Source: Candidatus Bathyarchaeota archaeon
GTDB lineage: Archaea > Thermoproteota > Bathyarchaeia > Bathyarchaeales > DTEX01
Direction: 5' to 3'
DNA: 64,000 nucleotides
NCBI GenBank assembly: GCA_025059045.1
Contig: JANXEA010000014.1
Location: 43,569 to 107,568, forward strand
Numbering within the stretch: position 1 is the first letter of the stretch; each line of letters starts with the position of its first letter. Of the stretch, positions 9,689-18,713 are shown in pieces. The position numbers and the translations under genes were made by a program. The notes under the pieces are model-generated. The model was not told the origin of the DNA, made no database searches, and saw only the letters and a list, made by a program, of their open reading frames with translations.

Positions 9689-11501
9689 CCCGTTCGGCGT
9701 CTTCTCGAAAGCTGAGGAGACAAGAAAAAGGACTGTTCCGGACAGGGTACTGATCCTGCGAATGTATGATTACGCTAAACCTTACAGGAGAAACTTAGCG
9801 GTTGGCGCGATAACCATAGTTCTAACAGCACTCACAGGGCTACTTTCACCTTACCTGCACAAGGTTGCGATAGACCAGATTATTCAGCCTGGAAACCTTA
9901 TTGGTTTCCTCTGGTGGGTCCCCCTATTCATCCTTGTTACCCTAGCTAACTTCTTCTTCCAATATATTCAGCTCTTTCAGATGAGAATAGTAGGCGAAAA
10001 GGTTGTCGCTAGGATGAGAGACGAAATGATCCACAAGCTGCAGATAATCTCTCTAAGATACTTCTCAGAGGGCGAGATTGGGAGAATTCTCTCGAGGCCT
10101 GTGAATGACGCCAACACTGTCAGAATCTTCCTGAGAATGGGCCTGACAAGCATAATCCAGGATACGGCTTCCATATTAGGCGCTTTGATCATAATATTCT
10201 CTTTGAATGTGAAGCTCGCCCTGCTTGCGGTCGCCGTTCTACCGTTTGCCGTGACGTTGGCTTGGCTTCTCGGAAAAGTCTCCAGGGCAGCCTATAGAGA
10301 CATGCTCTCAACCCTAGGAGGCCTAACATCAAGGATTCAAGAAAACCTATCAGGCATGAAGGTGATTAAATCGTTCGTTCAGGAGGAGAATGCCCTTGAA
10401 GAGTTTTCTACCGTCCAAGACAAGACTGTAAAGGCGAGTTTAAGGACCATAAGAATCTCAGCCGCTTACCAGCCGATCATACTCTACCTGAGGATAGCTG
10501 GGACAGCCTTGATCCTCTGGTATGGATCGCTAATGGTTTTAGGAGGAGAGATCACCGTAGGAACACTGGTAGCATTCATTGAATACCAGTTCTCATACTT
10601 CATGCCTCTAGTCGATTTGGTTTCCGTATACGACCAATACCAGTCCGCGATGGCCGCTATAGAAAGGATGTTCGATCTTATAGACACGAATGTTGAAGTT
10701 GGGGAAGCCCCGCCCGAGGAAGCCATAGAAATAAGCAGCATTGAAGAAGTCACATTCGAAAATGTCACATTTGGATATGACCCGAGGATACCAGTCGTCA
10801 AGAATGTAAGTTTCAGCCTTAAAAAACCTTATAAGCTGGCGATAGTCGGCCCCACAGGCGCAGGTAAGAGCACAATAATTAACCTCTTAGCGAGATTCTA
10901 TGATCCGCTCGAAGGCAGAATATTAATCAATGGCTATGACCTAAGGAAGATTAAGATTTCATCTCTCCGCGATAAGATGAAGATAGTTCTTCAGGACTCA
11001 TTCCTATTTCCAATGAGCGTAAAGGACAATATAAGGTTTGGAAATCCAGAGGCTTCGGATGAAGAGGTCGTTGAAGCAGCGAAAGCTGTCGGAGCGCATG
11101 AGTTTATAATGAAACTTCCCGGCGGATACGACTATATCATACAGGAAGGCTCCTCGAATATCTCGATCGGACAGAGACAACTCATAAGCTTTGCAAGGAC
11201 GCTTCTAATGAACCCTCAGCTGCTGATCCTCGACGAAGCAACATCAAGTATAGACCCCTACACTGAGCTTGTGGTTCAGAACGCCCTAAAGAAGCTTCTT
11301 GAGAATAGGCTTGCCATAATAATAGCACATAGACTCTCAACCATAAGGCTCTGCAATGAGATCATTGTTTTAGATCAAGGCAGAGTAGTAGAAAGGGGGA
11401 CGCATAAGGAACTTATGGAGAAGGGCGGGATATACAGTGCTTTCTACCGGATGCAATTCAAAGAGGAGAAGGGTCTGGAGATCGCGGCTAGAATTGGTTA
11501 G
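9681..11501 (+). CDS. ABC exporter half-transporter (TMD-NBD fusion), consensus-site subunit
   Basis: 606 aa. Motifs: Walker A 'GPTGAGKST', deviant signature 'ISIGQRQL', Walker B 'LLILDEATS' and H-loop 'IIAHRLST'. Confidence 0.9.
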   Translation: MSSPFGVFSKAEETRKRTVPDRVLILRMYDYAKPYRRNLAVGAITIVLTALTGLLSPYLHKVAIDQIIQPGNLIGFLWWVPLFILVTLANFFFQYIQLFQMRIVGEKVVARMRDEMIHKLQIISLRYFSEGEIGRILSRPVNDANTVRIFLRMGLTSIIQDTASILGALIIIFSLNVKLALLAVAVLPFAVTLAWLLGKVSRAAYRDMLSTLGGLTSRIQENLSGMKVIKSFVQEENALEEFSTVQDKTVKASLRTIRISAAYQPIILYLRIAGTALILWYGSLMVLGGEITVGTLVAFIEYQFSYFMPLVDLVSVYDQYQSAMAAIERMFDLIDTNVEVGEAPPEEAIEISSIEEVTFENVTFGYDPRIPVVKNVSFSLKKPYKLAIVGPTGAGKSTIINLLARFYDPLEGRILINGYDLRKIKISSLRDKMKIVLQDSFLFPMSVKDNIRFGNPEASDEEVVEAAKAVGAHEFIMKLPGGYDYIIQEGSSNISIGQRQLISFARTLLMNPQLLILDEATSSIDPYTELVVQNALKKLLENRLAIIIAHRLSTIRLCNEIIVLDQGRVVERGTHKELMEKGGIYSAFYRMQFKEEKGLEIAARIG

Positions 11502-11545
11502 TAAAAGAACGGTGGAAAGCCTTCACGTTTGAGACGGTAATCTCC

Positions 11546-12481
11546 TCAAGTATCGTCCTTAAAAATTTCTAAGTACTGGGGGACAACATCAGCCATGAAG
11601 GCTCTCATTCCCTCAAACGTCTTGTAATGCCTAACCATATCTCTTATCACATAGAATGGAAGTGTTACAACGTCGACTCCTATTTCAGCCATCTCTCTCA
11701 CTTGCCTCGCATTTCTCATGCTCGCCGCTATCACTTGCGTCTTGTAGCCATAATTTCTATATATCTTGACGATCTTTGCTACTAGATCAACGCTGCCTAG
11801 AACACCGTTATCCTGGGTCTCATCAATAAGTCTTCTAACCTCTTTGTCTCCTAGGGCCTCTGCTGGGGACCCAAAAATTTTGAGACGCTCGCCCACCTTT
11901 TTCATCCTAAAAGCTTTTACTGTCTCATGGTCGAAATAATCTTCTTTCTTGAAATCCAGACCCATTTTTTTGCGGATATAGTCGTCGATTCTCCCCGCAA
12001 ATGGGCTTGCGTAGGTTGCGCCTGCCTTTGCTGCAAGTATCGCCTGTTCAGGAGTCATGATCAAAGTGCAATTTGTAGGTATACTCATTTTGCTGAGCTC
12101 TCTTATAGCAATTAACCCGTCGAAATCAAGATCCTCATCTTGAAGACCTGGATTAATGGGTATCTTTATGACTACATGTCCGTATGGACTGAATTTCTCA
12201 TATAATATTCTTGCCTGGTTGATCATTTCCTCAGCCCTTGTCGCCGTCACCTCGAGACTTACTGGACCTGGAACAGTTCTCAAGATTTCCTTGATATATT
12301 CTTCCACCGCGATTTTTCCTTTCCTATTCTCAACAGCTTTCTTGATGAGTGTGGGGTTGGTTGTCGCCCCATCAATCACCCCCCAAGCCACAGCCTTCCT
12401 GATTTCCTCTATCTCAGCCGTGTCTATGAAGATTTTCAAATCTTCTTCTCCCTTCCCAATGTATTCACCTAAATCATCCAT
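11546..12481 (-). CDS. Transaldolase / fructose-6-phosphate aldolase family protein (long form)
   Basis: 311 aa. Motifs: 'IFIDTAEIEEIRKAVAWGVIDGATTNPTLI', the Schiff-base Lys block 'VVIKIP', 'NCTLIMTPEQAILAAKAGATYASPFAGRIDD' and 'KTQVIAASMRN'. It overlaps the upstream dehydratase-like gene by 13 nt. Confidence 0.8.
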   Translation of the reverse strand: MDDLGEYIGKGEEDLKIFIDTAEIEEIRKAVAWGVIDGATTNPTLIKKAVENRKGKIAVEEYIKEILRTVPGPVSLEVTATRAEEMINQARILYEKFSPYGHVVIKIPINPGLQDEDLDFDGLIAIRELSKMSIPTNCTLIMTPEQAILAAKAGATYASPFAGRIDDYIRKKMGLDFKKEDYFDHETVKAFRMKKVGERLKIFGSPAEALGDKEVRRLIDETQDNGVLGSVDLVAKIVKIYRNYGYKTQVIAASMRNARQVREMAEIGVDVVTLPFYVIRDMVRHYKTFEGMRAFMADVVPQYLEIFKDDT

Positions 12482-13626
12482 AAATCCTGACCCTTATACT
12501 CATAGGTTTTTATGAAAGCGTCTTCCAGCTCTATCCCTAGACCCGGCTTATCAGGAACCTTGATGTATCCATCCTCAACAGTTATTGGTCTCGATGTAAG
12601 GTTACTCATCAGCGGGTTAAATGTGCAATCATACTCAACAATCGGGCAATTGGATGTGGATGCCGAGAAATGGATGGTTGCAGCTAATGACACTGAGCTG
12701 CTGAAGCAATGCGGTATAACCGGCACATTCCAGACCGAAGCCATAGCCGCGATCTTCTTGCATTCCAGAAGCCCACCAGCATGTGTGACATCTGGCTGAA
12801 TGATATCCGCAGCGTTATTAACCAATAACTCTTTAAATCCATATCTAGTGAACTCGTTCTCTCCAGTCGCTATTGGCAAATCAACAGATGAGCATAATTT
12901 CCTATATCCATCCAGATCGTCCGGGGGCAGGGGCTCCTCTAAGAAGTAGACTTCATACCTTTCCATCTCTTTTGCTAGCCTTATCACCTTCTTGAGGGTC
13001 CATGGCTCGCTATAGCTCTTTCCCTCATCAACCATCAAGTCAACCCCATATCCAACAGCATCCCTTACAGCCCTAACTAATTCCACATCTTCTTCAGGAG
13101 ATAATCCAGCCCTAATCTTAATGGCTGTAAAACCCTGATTCACATACTCAGCAGCTTCTTTCGCAACTTCTCCTGGACTTTTCCACATCCCGGCGCTTGC
13201 ATAAACCCTCACTTTATCTCGAACCAGACCTCCTAAAAATTGATAAGCGGGGGTACGCTTTGACTTGCCGAGAATGTCTAAAAGCGCTATCTCGATCCCG
13301 CTTATAGCACCGATAACCACACCTCTCCTACCGCAATACTGAGAGAATCTATACATTTTCTCCCATAAACTCTCTACTCGACATGGATCTTCGCCTACAA
13401 TTATTGGCTTAAACACTTTATCGACAACGGCGGATATGACGCTTGGTGGGCCTGAGGCCTCTCCGATTCCCTCCACACCCTCATCTGTCTCCACAGATAT
13501 AATGGCACATGTTCTTTTCGAGACTGTTCCACCAAGCGGATGCTTCCATCTGAGGTTTTCAGGGATAGGGCATGAGAGGAGGATGCTCCTTACACTCTTA
13601 ATCTCCATTTCGTATGTGCACCTCAC
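12469..13626 (-). CDS. Enolase-superfamily enzyme, mandelate racemase / acid-sugar dehydratase-like
   Basis: 385 aa. Metal-ligand blocks 'LMVDEG', 'FLEEPLPP' and 'IATGENE', plus 'IIQPDVTHAGGL' and 'IPHCF'. The probable start is the second Met ('MEIKSV', about 13608). Confidence 0.75.
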   Translation of the reverse strand: MRCTYEMEIKSVRSILLSCPIPENLRWKHPLGGTVSKRTCAIISVETDEGVEGIGEASGPPSVISAVVDKVFKPIIVGEDPCRVESLWEKMYRFSQYCGRRGVVIGAISGIEIALLDILGKSKRTPAYQFLGGLVRDKVRVYASAGMWKSPGEVAKEAAEYVNQGFTAIKIRAGLSPEEDVELVRAVRDAVGYGVDLMVDEGKSYSEPWTLKKVIRLAKEMERYEVYFLEEPLPPDDLDGYRKLCSSVDLPIATGENEFTRYGFKELLVNNAADIIQPDVTHAGGLLECKKIAAMASVWNVPVIPHCFSSSVSLAATIHFSASTSNCPIVEYDCTFNPLMSNLTSRPITVEDGYIKVPDKPGLGIELEDAFIKTYEYKGQDLWMI

Positions 13627-13651
13627 TTACTAAACCTTAATAGGCGCTTAA

Positions 13652-15559
13652 GTGCTTTTTTGGTATGTAGGTGCAAGCGAAATGCGTGGTTATGCTGGAA
13701 AAATTCTCGAAGTTGACCTTTCAAGCAACAGCATCAAGGAGACCAGTTTTGGCGATGATATCCTAAGACAATATATTGGCGGGAGAGGATTAGCCGCAAA
13801 GATCCTTTGGGATCAGCTCGGAGAGAGATGGGAGGAGATTGACCCACTGGGTCCAGAAAACATCCTCCTCGCACTCACAGGCCCCCTTAGTGGCTTCTTT
13901 CTTGGGGCGAGGATATGCATATCCGGAAAGTCTCCGCAGAGCAATGGCATCGTCGGCTCAACGTTAGGCGGTGAATTCCCCATAGAATTGAAATGCGCTG
14001 GGTTCGACGGCATAATCGTCAAAGGCGGTTCCGAAAAGCCAGTTTACCTCCTAGTCACAGATCAAGAACTCGAGATAGTGGATGCGGCTCATGTTTGGGG
14101 AAGGGGCGGCAAGGAAACTGTAGCGATATTAAGTAGGGAAGTGAGGGAGAGAATCGGAAAAAGAATGGAAAGAAGGGGACTGGCGAAAGAGCCGGCGGTC
14201 ATCTACATAGGTCCTGCAGGCGAGAAAATGTCTAGGCTGGCCGCCGTATGCACTAAGTGGACGCATGCCGCAGGATATGGAGGATATGGAGCGGTTATGG
14301 GTTCAAAAAACCTTAAGGCTATAGTTGCTAAAGGGTCAGGCCCCCTTCCCGATGTAGAGGATATTGAGAGGGTTAGGGGACTCATCGAAGAATCTTCGAA
14401 AATCCTGATGAGAAATGTTAGGATGAGGAGATGGGGTACGGGGAGTGCAGGGTATGAGGTTGGGGCGAGGCAGAGCTCGGAGCCGGTGAGAAATTGGCAA
14501 GATGAGTGGCATGATGAAAAGAGCTTCGGGGTCACCGAGTTTGAAGATAGGCTTTGGATTAAACGTTACTGGGGCGACTTCGGATGCCCATTAACATGCC
14601 TTAAAATCGCTTATATTAAGACAGGACAGTATAAGGGGGCGGTCACTGATAACCCCGATTATGAACTGCAGGCCTATGCCGGACCGAATCTCGGCATATT
14701 CAGACCGGAAGACAATGTTTATTTAGTTTCACTTATAGACGACCTAGGCTTCTGCGGGATACAGGCTGGCAATGCACTAGGCTTCGCAGCTGAACTCTAT
14801 CAAAGAGGAATATTGACTAAGGATGATCTGGGAGGCATCGATCTCAGATGGGGGAAAACAGATGCGTTCGCGGCGCTGCTGAGAGATATCGCTTTTAGGA
14901 AAGGTGTTGGAGATATACTCGCTGAGGGCACATATCGAGCAGCAAAGGCATTGGGTAAGATAAAGGGGGTTGATCTTTCCTCCTACGCGATTGTCGAAAA
15001 GGGAATAGCCATAGGCGCTCATGGGATAAGGAGCGGAAAAGATTATCCGATTGAAATTTCATATGCATGCTCTGTTCAGGGAGGAGATCACTCTTCAACC
15101 GCTTATCTGCCACTGAATCATCCTAACAGCGAATTTAGAATGATATTTTCCGACTCAGCTGTCCTATGCGTGTTCAACACATTTGGTTTGCCAGAGGAGA
15201 TTGTTTGGAATTTCTATGAATCTGTCACTGGTTGGAGAATCGAGCCCCAGGAGTGGTTTGGGACTATGGCTCGACGCATTCTTCACATCCAGAGGGCAGC
15301 GCTATTGATAGGGGGACCCGACCTAAGATGGGATCCAAAGATCCATGACGATAACCCACCGAGATTCTACGAGCCGTTGCAGTCTGGTCCGTGCTCAGGA
15401 AGAAAAATTGACCGTAAAAGGTTTGAAGAAATGAGAATGGAGTATTACGAGGAGGTAGGGTGGGATGAGAACGGGGTTCCGAAAGGAGAAGAGCTGGAGC
15501 GCTTAGGCCTAATCGAGGTCAGCAAGAAACTCGAGATGATGGGTCTATACGGATCATGA
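13652..15559 (+). CDS. Aldehyde:ferredoxin oxidoreductase (AOR) family, tungstopterin enzyme
   Basis: The N-terminus 'YAGKILEVDLSSNSIKETSFGDDILRQYIGGRGLAAKILWD' is the classic AOR start, and the length is about 625 aa. The ORF track starts at a GTG at 13652; the ATG at 13682 ('MRGYAGK') is the more likely start. Confidence 0.85.
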   Translation: MLFWYVGASEMRGYAGKILEVDLSSNSIKETSFGDDILRQYIGGRGLAAKILWDQLGERWEEIDPLGPENILLALTGPLSGFFLGARICISGKSPQSNGIVGSTLGGEFPIELKCAGFDGIIVKGGSEKPVYLLVTDQELEIVDAAHVWGRGGKETVAILSREVRERIGKRMERRGLAKEPAVIYIGPAGEKMSRLAAVCTKWTHAAGYGGYGAVMGSKNLKAIVAKGSGPLPDVEDIERVRGLIEESSKILMRNVRMRRWGTGSAGYEVGARQSSEPVRNWQDEWHDEKSFGVTEFEDRLWIKRYWGDFGCPLTCLKIAYIKTGQYKGAVTDNPDYELQAYAGPNLGIFRPEDNVYLVSLIDDLGFCGIQAGNALGFAAELYQRGILTKDDLGGIDLRWGKTDAFAALLRDIAFRKGVGDILAEGTYRAAKALGKIKGVDLSSYAIVEKGIAIGAHGIRSGKDYPIEISYACSVQGGDHSSTAYLPLNHPNSEFRMIFSDSAVLCVFNTFGLPEEIVWNFYESVTGWRIEPQEWFGTMARRILHIQRAALLIGGPDLRWDPKIHDDNPPRFYEPLQSGPCSGRKIDRKRFEEMRMEYYEEVGWDENGVPKGEELERLGLIEVSKKLEMMGLYGS

Positions 15560-15621
15560 TGAATCAATAAAAAAATACATTGTAGGCAACTTGCATAGGC
15601 CGCAAATTTAAGTGTAGTTGC

Positions 15622-16836
15622 TTAGAAGTGAATAATGGATCTAATTGCTGAAGAGAGAATTGAGAGTATCTCTCTCCTTGCCGCAATCTTCCAAAGAATT
15701 TTGCTTTGGAAATCCATATCGCCTTCGGCTGAGATCAACTCTTGAAGCGTTTCGTCTTCGGCAATTATCTTGAATATTTTGTCAATTACCTCGTCTGAGA
15801 GATGATTCAGCACTCGTCTGGCAGCATATCCTATACTAAGCTCTTTTCCAACCTCTCTTCTCCAAAGTTCTTCATAAACCCTCAAATATTCGCCGCTGAA
15901 ATCTCCCCGATTAACCGCTTCAACCGCAACTCTGCCAGCAATCCTAGCGCAGATTCCACCGAGGATTACTCCGCCTCCCGTTGTAGGCTTAACCTGCCCA
16001 GCTGCATCCCCAACGATTAGTAGACCGTCATCATAAGTTTTTTTGATTGGCCCGCATGTCACAACACGGCCTGAGCGGGTCTTGATAACTTCAAGGTTCC
16101 TTAGATCTCCGAAACGTTTCTCGACAAACCTTTCTAGATACAGTTTAGGGTTTCCTCCTTTGCATGCTAAGCCGACTCTAGCGACCTTTCTTGTTAAAGG
16201 GATAACCCATGCAAAAAATGAGGGGGCAATCTTCTTACTGACATGTATCTCAACGTATTCCGGCTCAACGTCAATTCCGCCTAAATCCATTTGAATTCCC
16301 GGTATAAGATCATCTATGTTAAGTGTCTCAAGCCCTGACAATCTAAGCATAAGTGATGATGTTCCACCTGCATCTATTACCACCTTAGCCCTTATGAACC
16401 CCTCATCGTAGTACGCGAGAGATTCACCACCCTCCCTCTGGATGGAGTTCACTTTCACACCTAAGTAGATGTGTGCACCAGAGTTACGGGCCTTCGTCGC
16501 AAGATATTCGTCAAACATACTCCGTTCAATAACATATGCGATAGGTTCATCTCTTTCTATCTGAAATGATAGCCCAGAGGGCGAAAAGAAACGCGCGCCT
16601 CTAATTGAATTTTGGATATAATCTCCAGTCTCAGATAGCCCTATCCTCTGAAGGCCTGATATGCTGAGTAAACCCGCGCAGTGGCATGGGATACCAATCT
16701 GCTCATGCTCCTCTACAATTATTATCTCAGCCCCGCCTATTTTTAGCGCTTCACATGCGGAGATTAAACCAGCAGGGCCAGCCCCGATAATTAGGATGTC
16801 TGTTGACTCGGACCGCATGGTTATTTCCTCAGCCAC
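15622..16836 (-). CDS. Geranylgeranyl reductase-family FAD-dependent oxidoreductase
   Basis: 404 aa. It has the dinucleotide fold motif 'DILIIGAGPAGLISA' and 'IVGDAAGQVKPTTGGGV', typical of archaeal digeranylgeranylglycerophospholipid reductase-like proteins. Confidence 0.7.
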   Translation of the reverse strand: MAEEITMRSESTDILIIGAGPAGLISACEALKIGGAEIIIVEEHEQIGIPCHCAGLLSISGLQRIGLSETGDYIQNSIRGARFFSPSGLSFQIERDEPIAYVIERSMFDEYLATKARNSGAHIYLGVKVNSIQREGGESLAYYDEGFIRAKVVIDAGGTSSLMLRLSGLETLNIDDLIPGIQMDLGGIDVEPEYVEIHVSKKIAPSFFAWVIPLTRKVARVGLACKGGNPKLYLERFVEKRFGDLRNLEVIKTRSGRVVTCGPIKKTYDDGLLIVGDAAGQVKPTTGGGVILGGICARIAGRVAVEAVNRGDFSGEYLRVYEELWRREVGKELSIGYAARRVLNHLSDEVIDKIFKIIAEDETLQELISAEGDMDFQSKILWKIAARREILSILSSAIRSIIHF

Positions 16837-16941
16837 ATGAGGCTATATGCGGTTATTTTTTGGTTGGCGTAGAACAGTCAGTATGAGGAGTTGCCGCGGT
16901 CTTTGAGGTTAGTTTAAGAAGAGCAGAAGAGCCGTTGATTA

Positions 16942-17721
16942 TCATCTTTTAAAGTTCCATTCCCTAGTCGCATATTTATCCGATCGAAGTTTACAGGCTA
17001 GTTGCCACTCGAAATCTGATACTTCACCTTCGATTAACCTGATCCCTAAAGAAGACTCAAACCCATTTATGAGAGCACGCTTAAGCTCTTCGAAGCTCAC
17101 GTCTCTTCCTAAAAATCCATTTACGGATGTGACCCTTTCCTCGACAGCCTTAATCATTTTGTCCCGAATCTTTTCGCTTGGAACTCTTAGAACCGTAAAC
17201 ATAAGTTTTGGGTCGACGTCCCTTAGGATTGTTCCATGCTGGTGGACAACATTCATGCTTCTGGTCTGAGCGTTTCCAGAGATCTTTTTTCCCTGAACAA
17301 CAATGTCGTTTATCGGTTTGAACTCTGCAGGGATCCCGAGAAGCCTTAAGCCAGCTGTCAGCCCCGAACAGAGGGTCTCATAGGTTTTTATGAAGTCCCC
17401 GGAGATCAATCTATGATCCTCATTCACTATTATGCTATAGGTTAATTCGCCGTCCCGATCATGATATACGGCTCCTCCACCCGTCCTCCGCCTAACATAG
17501 TTGATCCCTCTTTCATCGCATGCCGCTATGTTCACTTCTTCCTCCATACTTTGGAAGTAGCCTATCGAGACGGCTGGGGGCTCCCATCTGAAGAACCTAA
17601 CGGTATTCGGAACCCTGTTCATTGACCTAGCAATCGCTATAGCCTCATCCAGAGCCATATTTGTGAATGCATCATTCAAACCTGTATCGAGCAGACGCCA
17701 ACTATCAGCCATCTTCTTCAC
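16942..17721 (-). CDS. lplA: Lipoate-protein ligase A, catalytic (BPL/LplA/LipB) domain protein
   Basis: 259 aa. Motifs: 'WRLLDTG...NMALDEAI', 'VRFFRWEPPAVSIGYFQ', 'RRRTGGGAVYHD' and 'GKKISGNAQ'. Confidence 0.8.
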   Translation of the reverse strand: MKKMADSWRLLDTGLNDAFTNMALDEAIAIARSMNRVPNTVRFFRWEPPAVSIGYFQSMEEEVNIAACDERGINYVRRRTGGGAVYHDRDGELTYSIIVNEDHRLISGDFIKTYETLCSGLTAGLRLLGIPAEFKPINDIVVQGKKISGNAQTRSMNVVHQHGTILRDVDPKLMFTVLRVPSEKIRDKMIKAVEERVTSVNGFLGRDVSFEELKRALINGFESSLGIRLIEGEVSDFEWQLACKLRSDKYATREWNFKR

Positions 17722-17989
17722 CAGCCATAACTATGCATTTTGCAAGATCTTCAGGGGATGCGCCTAACAATGTAACCTTACTGGTCTCTAAGAATTCTGC
17801 TATTGCTTTTGCAATGCTTGATTCCACCAAGGGTTGATATCTGATTTTCTCTTCCAAAATCTCTATGGCATCCTCCGGATGCATGAAAAAATCTCCTGTG
17901 ATCTTTATCTCCTCTATCAGGCCGTCTTTTTTTCTTACTTTGACCCTGATAAGCTTTCCTCCTGAAACCTTGTATTCAGCTTTTCCCAT
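17705..17989 (-). CDS. Stand-alone lipoate ligase C-terminal accessory domain protein (LplB-like)
   Basis: 94 aa. The segment 'GGKLIRVKVRKKDGLIEEIKITGDFFMHPEDAI' matches the LplA C-terminal domain pattern. It overlaps the lplA start by 17 nt. Confidence 0.55.
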   Translation of the reverse strand: MGKAEYKVSGGKLIRVKVRKKDGLIEEIKITGDFFMHPEDAIEILEEKIRYQPLVESSIAKAIAEFLETSKVTLLGASPEDLAKCIVMAGEEDG

Positions 17990-18054
17990 AAGCAGTCACC
18001 TCCCTAACGCTCTAGCGGCATAGCATATATATACTTTTCAATAAGACCACGATT

Positions 18055-18708
18055 TTATACGCGGATGTCTGGCTTTTCTTGCCTGCGCCTCAGAACTAGA
18101 TCGTCGATGACCATACGGATTGCCTGAAAGACTTCATTCTTGCTCAGCGATTCCACATCTATTATTAGGTGGAAGGGAGTAAAGTCTTCTCCGAGACTGA
18201 ACCCGTAGAGTTCCTTGTAAATTGCTCGGGTCTTCTCCTCTTTCTCGCGGAGAAACTTCAATGCTTCTTCAACGCTTATACCATCCCTTATCGCTATGCG
18301 TCTGGCTCTTTCCTCTTCCGAGGCTTCCAGCCAAACTTTGAACCCGTCTTTTACAAGCCATGGCATGGCCCAACTGTCCAGCACAACTCCGCCCAGACGA
18401 GCCCACTCTAGCAGTTTCTCATCGACTTTCCTGTCGAGATTTAGGTTTCTTTGTCTCTCATCGATGAACCTTATTCCCTCTGAGCTCTCCCACCAACCTC
18501 TGCGGGTCACCTTATAACCCATTTCAGCCGCTATCGCCTTTAATGCGTCACCGCCAGAGTAATACTTGAGCCCATAATGTTTTGCAAGCCTCTTTGCAAC
18601 CGTACTCTTCCCAGATCCGGCTAGTCCGCATATACAAATAACCATCTGCTTTCTTACGCATGGACCCGGCATATCTTGTGTCAAACTCTCACCCCTTTGA
18701 AGTGTCAA
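18055..18708 (-). CDS. cmk: Archaeal-type cytidylate kinase
   Basis: P-loop 'ICGLAGSGKSTVAKRLAKHYGLKYYSGGDALKA'. It sits after the DUF106 gene, as in conserved archaeal secY-region clusters. The true start is probably an internal Met ('MVICICG', about 18645). Confidence 0.7.
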   Translation of the reverse strand: MTLQRGESLTQDMPGPCVRKQMVICICGLAGSGKSTVAKRLAKHYGLKYYSGGDALKAIAAEMGYKVTRRGWWESSEGIRFIDERQRNLNLDRKVDEKLLEWARLGGVVLDSWAMPWLVKDGFKVWLEASEEERARRIAIRDGISVEEALKFLREKEEKTRAIYKELYGFSLGEDFTPFHLIIDVESLSKNEVFQAIRMVIDDLVLRRRQEKPDIRV

Positions 18709-18713
18709 TCTAA

